Positions 15,641 through 17,285 of a DNA stretch of 17,285 nt are shown piece after piece. The DNA comes from a virus. Taxonomy: Duplodnaviria > Heunggongvirae > Uroviricota > Caudoviricetes. The notes under the pieces were generated by a model. That model worked only from the letters and a program-made list of their open reading frames with translations. It was not told the DNA's origin and made no database searches. Numbering within the stretch: position 1 is the stretch's first letter; each line of letters starts with the position of its first letter. The stretch lies in IMG/VR virus record IMGVR_UViG_2698536369_000020. The stretch is one strand, 5' to 3'. The translations under genes and the position numbers were made by a program.

Positions 15641-16927
15641 TTAATCAAGGCTATTTTTATTAAGTTTATTTGCAAATTCAAAAGCAGAGATATGCTTCTC
15701 TCTGTTGGAATAAAGATAATCTGCCCACCATTGGACCATTAGTCTGCGCTCATCTAAATGCTCAGACGTATGAATATACGCAGCTCGCACATTATTACGT
15801 TCCGAATGGCTCAATTGGCGTTCAATAGCATCATCACTCCATAATCCTGACTCTCCTAACGCACCACGTGCCATTGTCCTAAAACCATGTCCGCAAACTT
15901 CTGTTTTCGTATCATAGCCCATCGCACGCAATGCATTATTAACAGTGTTCTCACTCATAACCTTAGTTGCGTCATGATCCCCAGGGAAAAGCAGCGTCTT
16001 ATCACCACTAATCTGCTTTAACTGCTCCAACAACCCTATCGCTTGCCTACTAAGTGGAACGAGATGCTCTTCCTTCATCTTCATTCCTCTATATGAGTAA
16101 CGTACGCCTTTAATTTCCTCGCGTTTTGCAGGTATACGCCATAGAGATTTATCGAAGTCGAATTCATCCCAGCGAGCGAAACGTAGCTCACTGGAACGAA
16201 CAAATGTTAATAAAGAAAGTTCAACCGCAATTTTCGTCATCATACGACCACGATATGCAGCAAGACGTGCTAAGAACTCAGGAAAACGATGTGATGGTAG
16301 AGCTGGATAGTGCCGCGTTTTAGCTGTCGATAACGCACCAGCCATATCACTTGCAGGATTTGAATCTATATAATCGTTCTGTACGGCATAGCGCATAATA
16401 GCAGTAACACGTTGCTGAAGACGCTGCGCCACATCATGCTTACCACTGGCATCAACTTTTTTTATCGGTGCTAAAAGATGGCTAGTTTTAAGCTGTCGGA
16501 TATCAGACAAGCCAATATAAGGAAAGATATACAGCTCTAGATAGCGAAGAACACGCGCCCGATGATCCTCACTCCAACGTTTGTTGCTGGCGTGCCATTC
16601 ACGAGCAATAGTTTCAAAATTATAAGCACCAGCATTCTCTGCTTGAGCCTCTTTCTGTACTGCTTTTGGATCTATACCTTGCGCCAGCAACTTTTTCGCT
16701 TCATCCCTCCTCTTTCTAGCTTCAGCAAGCGTCACGGTCGGCCAAACACCAAAAGCGAGGCGATCCTCTTTTTTGTCAGAGGGGCGTCGGTATTTCATGC
16801 GCCAGTATTTAGACCCCTTGGCCGAAACCTCGAGATACAAACCGCCGCCATCGGCCATTTTGTAGCTTTTGTCTTTTGGCTTTGCTGTCTCGACTTGTCT
16901 AGCATTGAGCTTCATTTGGGGGCACAT
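15641..16927 (-). CDS. int: P4-type tyrosine integrase (site-specific recombinase)
   Basis: N-terminal KLNARQVETAKPKDKSYKMADGGGLYLEV, typical of P4-family integrases; C-terminal catalytic region with H..R (CGHGFRTMARGAL) and ...RAAYIHTSEH; lies next to the tRNA att site. Start ambiguous (ATG 16927 or ATG 16915, neither with a strong Shine-Dalgarno). Confidence 0.85.
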   Translation of the reverse strand: MCPQMKLNARQVETAKPKDKSYKMADGGGLYLEVSAKGSKYWRMKYRRPSDKKEDRLAFGVWPTVTLAEARKRRDEAKKLLAQGIDPKAVQKEAQAENAGAYNFETIAREWHASNKRWSEDHRARVLRYLELYIFPYIGLSDIRQLKTSHLLAPIKKVDASGKHDVAQRLQQRVTAIMRYAVQNDYIDSNPASDMAGALSTAKTRHYPALPSHRFPEFLARLAAYRGRMMTKIAVELSLLTFVRSSELRFARWDEFDFDKSLWRIPAKREEIKGVRYSYRGMKMKEEHLVPLSRQAIGLLEQLKQISGDKTLLFPGDHDATKVMSENTVNNALRAMGYDTKTEVCGHGFRTMARGALGESGLWSDDAIERQLSHSERNNVRAAYIHTSEHLDERRLMVQWWADYLYSNREKHISAFEFANKLNKNSLD

Positions 16928-16964
16928 TTCTAATCGAAGTTAAGATGCCCCCAATTATGCCCCC
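16918..16964. repeat. Three TGCCCCC heptamers (one inverted, two direct) between int start and attL, candidate Int arm-type sites
   Basis: GGGGGCA (16918-16924), ATGCCCCC (16945-16952), ATGCCCCC (16957-16964); same motif as near attR. Confidence 0.3.
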
Positions 16965-17079
16965 AATGACATCCGGATTTCAACGGACAACCTCGGACGA
17001 TCCAGGATCGTAGAAATCGCTGAAAGTATTGATTTTTAATGGATAATCGGACTTACTCGGATGGACTTGGAAGTAATAA

Positions 17080-17099
17080 TGGTGCCGAAGGCCGGACTC
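17080..17099. repeat. attL core within the 3' end of leuX
   Basis: TGGTGCCGAAGGCCGGACTC, directly repeated (19/20) at 5404-5422. Confidence 0.7.
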
Positions 17100-17164
17100 G
17101 AACCGGCACGTATTTCTACGGTTGATTTTGAATCAACTGCGTCTACCGATTTCGCCACTTCGGC
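17080..17164 (-). tRNA. leuX: tRNA-Leu (anticodon CAA)
   Basis: Reverse complement reads GCCGAAGTGGCGAAATCGGTAGACGCAGTTGATTCAAAATCAACCGTAGAAATACGTGCCGGTTCGAGTCCGGCCTTCGGCACCA: 85 nt, CAA anticodon in the loop TTCAAAA, long variable arm, CCA end encoded. Confidence 0.9.
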
Positions 17165-17285
17165 ACTGAAGAGGTATGCGGAAAACTTTGTGGATTATAC
17201 CTGTCGCACGCCACCATGCAAGCGCCAGCTTGCTCGCACCTCGCTAAGTGCTGAAATTTTCAGCATTGCATACAGCGATGTGTAA

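Larger units (their letters stand above)
5404..17099. mobile_element. P4-like satellite prophage (~11.7 kb) integrated in leuX
   Basis: Bounded by att direct repeats; contains integrase next to the tRNA, alpha primase-helicase, iteron clusters, CI-type immunity region, vis, sid-delta-psu and a cos site; overall size and recalled protein lengths match phage P4. Confidence 0.8.

Noticed and set aside
17061-17285. 74-aa plus-strand ORF at the right end
   Set aside because: It overlaps the leuX tRNA gene on the opposite strand and is explained by it.
1-17285. Insertion sequences or transposons
   Set aside because: I found no transposase-like ORF and no terminal inverted repeats bracketing any block; the only mobility gene is the P4-type integrase.

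Overview
This window is an Escherichia coli-type chromosomal segment at the leuX tRNA integration hotspot. It has three parts. (1) The core sialate O-acetylesterase gene nanS (1-981). (2) A ~4.4 kb accessory islet (982-5403) holding an HNH-family endonuclease gene, a short Lon-protease-like C-terminal gene remnant, and a strongly AT-rich, translationally coupled two-gene operon on the minus strand: a 432-aa protein with no recognisable family plus a 246-aa protein with a NERD / PD-(D/E)xK-like nuclease signature. I consider this operon the best candidate for an undescribed defence module. (3) An ~11.7 kb P4-like satellite prophage (5404-17099) bounded by a 19/20-bp direct repeat of the leuX 3' end. 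It carries P4-sized genes (alpha primase-helicase 777 aa, vis/AlpA 88 aa, sid 244 aa, delta 166 aa, psu 190 aa), orf106/orf151/eps/kil-like small genes, a CI-RNA-type immunity region, two clusters of TGTTCACC iterons (crr-like and ori-like) and a P2/P4-type cos site. In the psu-int hotspot, where P4 itself carries gop-beta-cII, sits a low-GC type II restriction-modification cassette: controller protein and restriction endonuclease on the minus strand, convergent C5-cytosine methyltransferase on the plus strand. A P4-type tyrosine integrase and tRNA-Leu(CAA) leuX close the window. All calls rest on reading the sequence and on recalled family motifs and protein sizes; no database search was possible.
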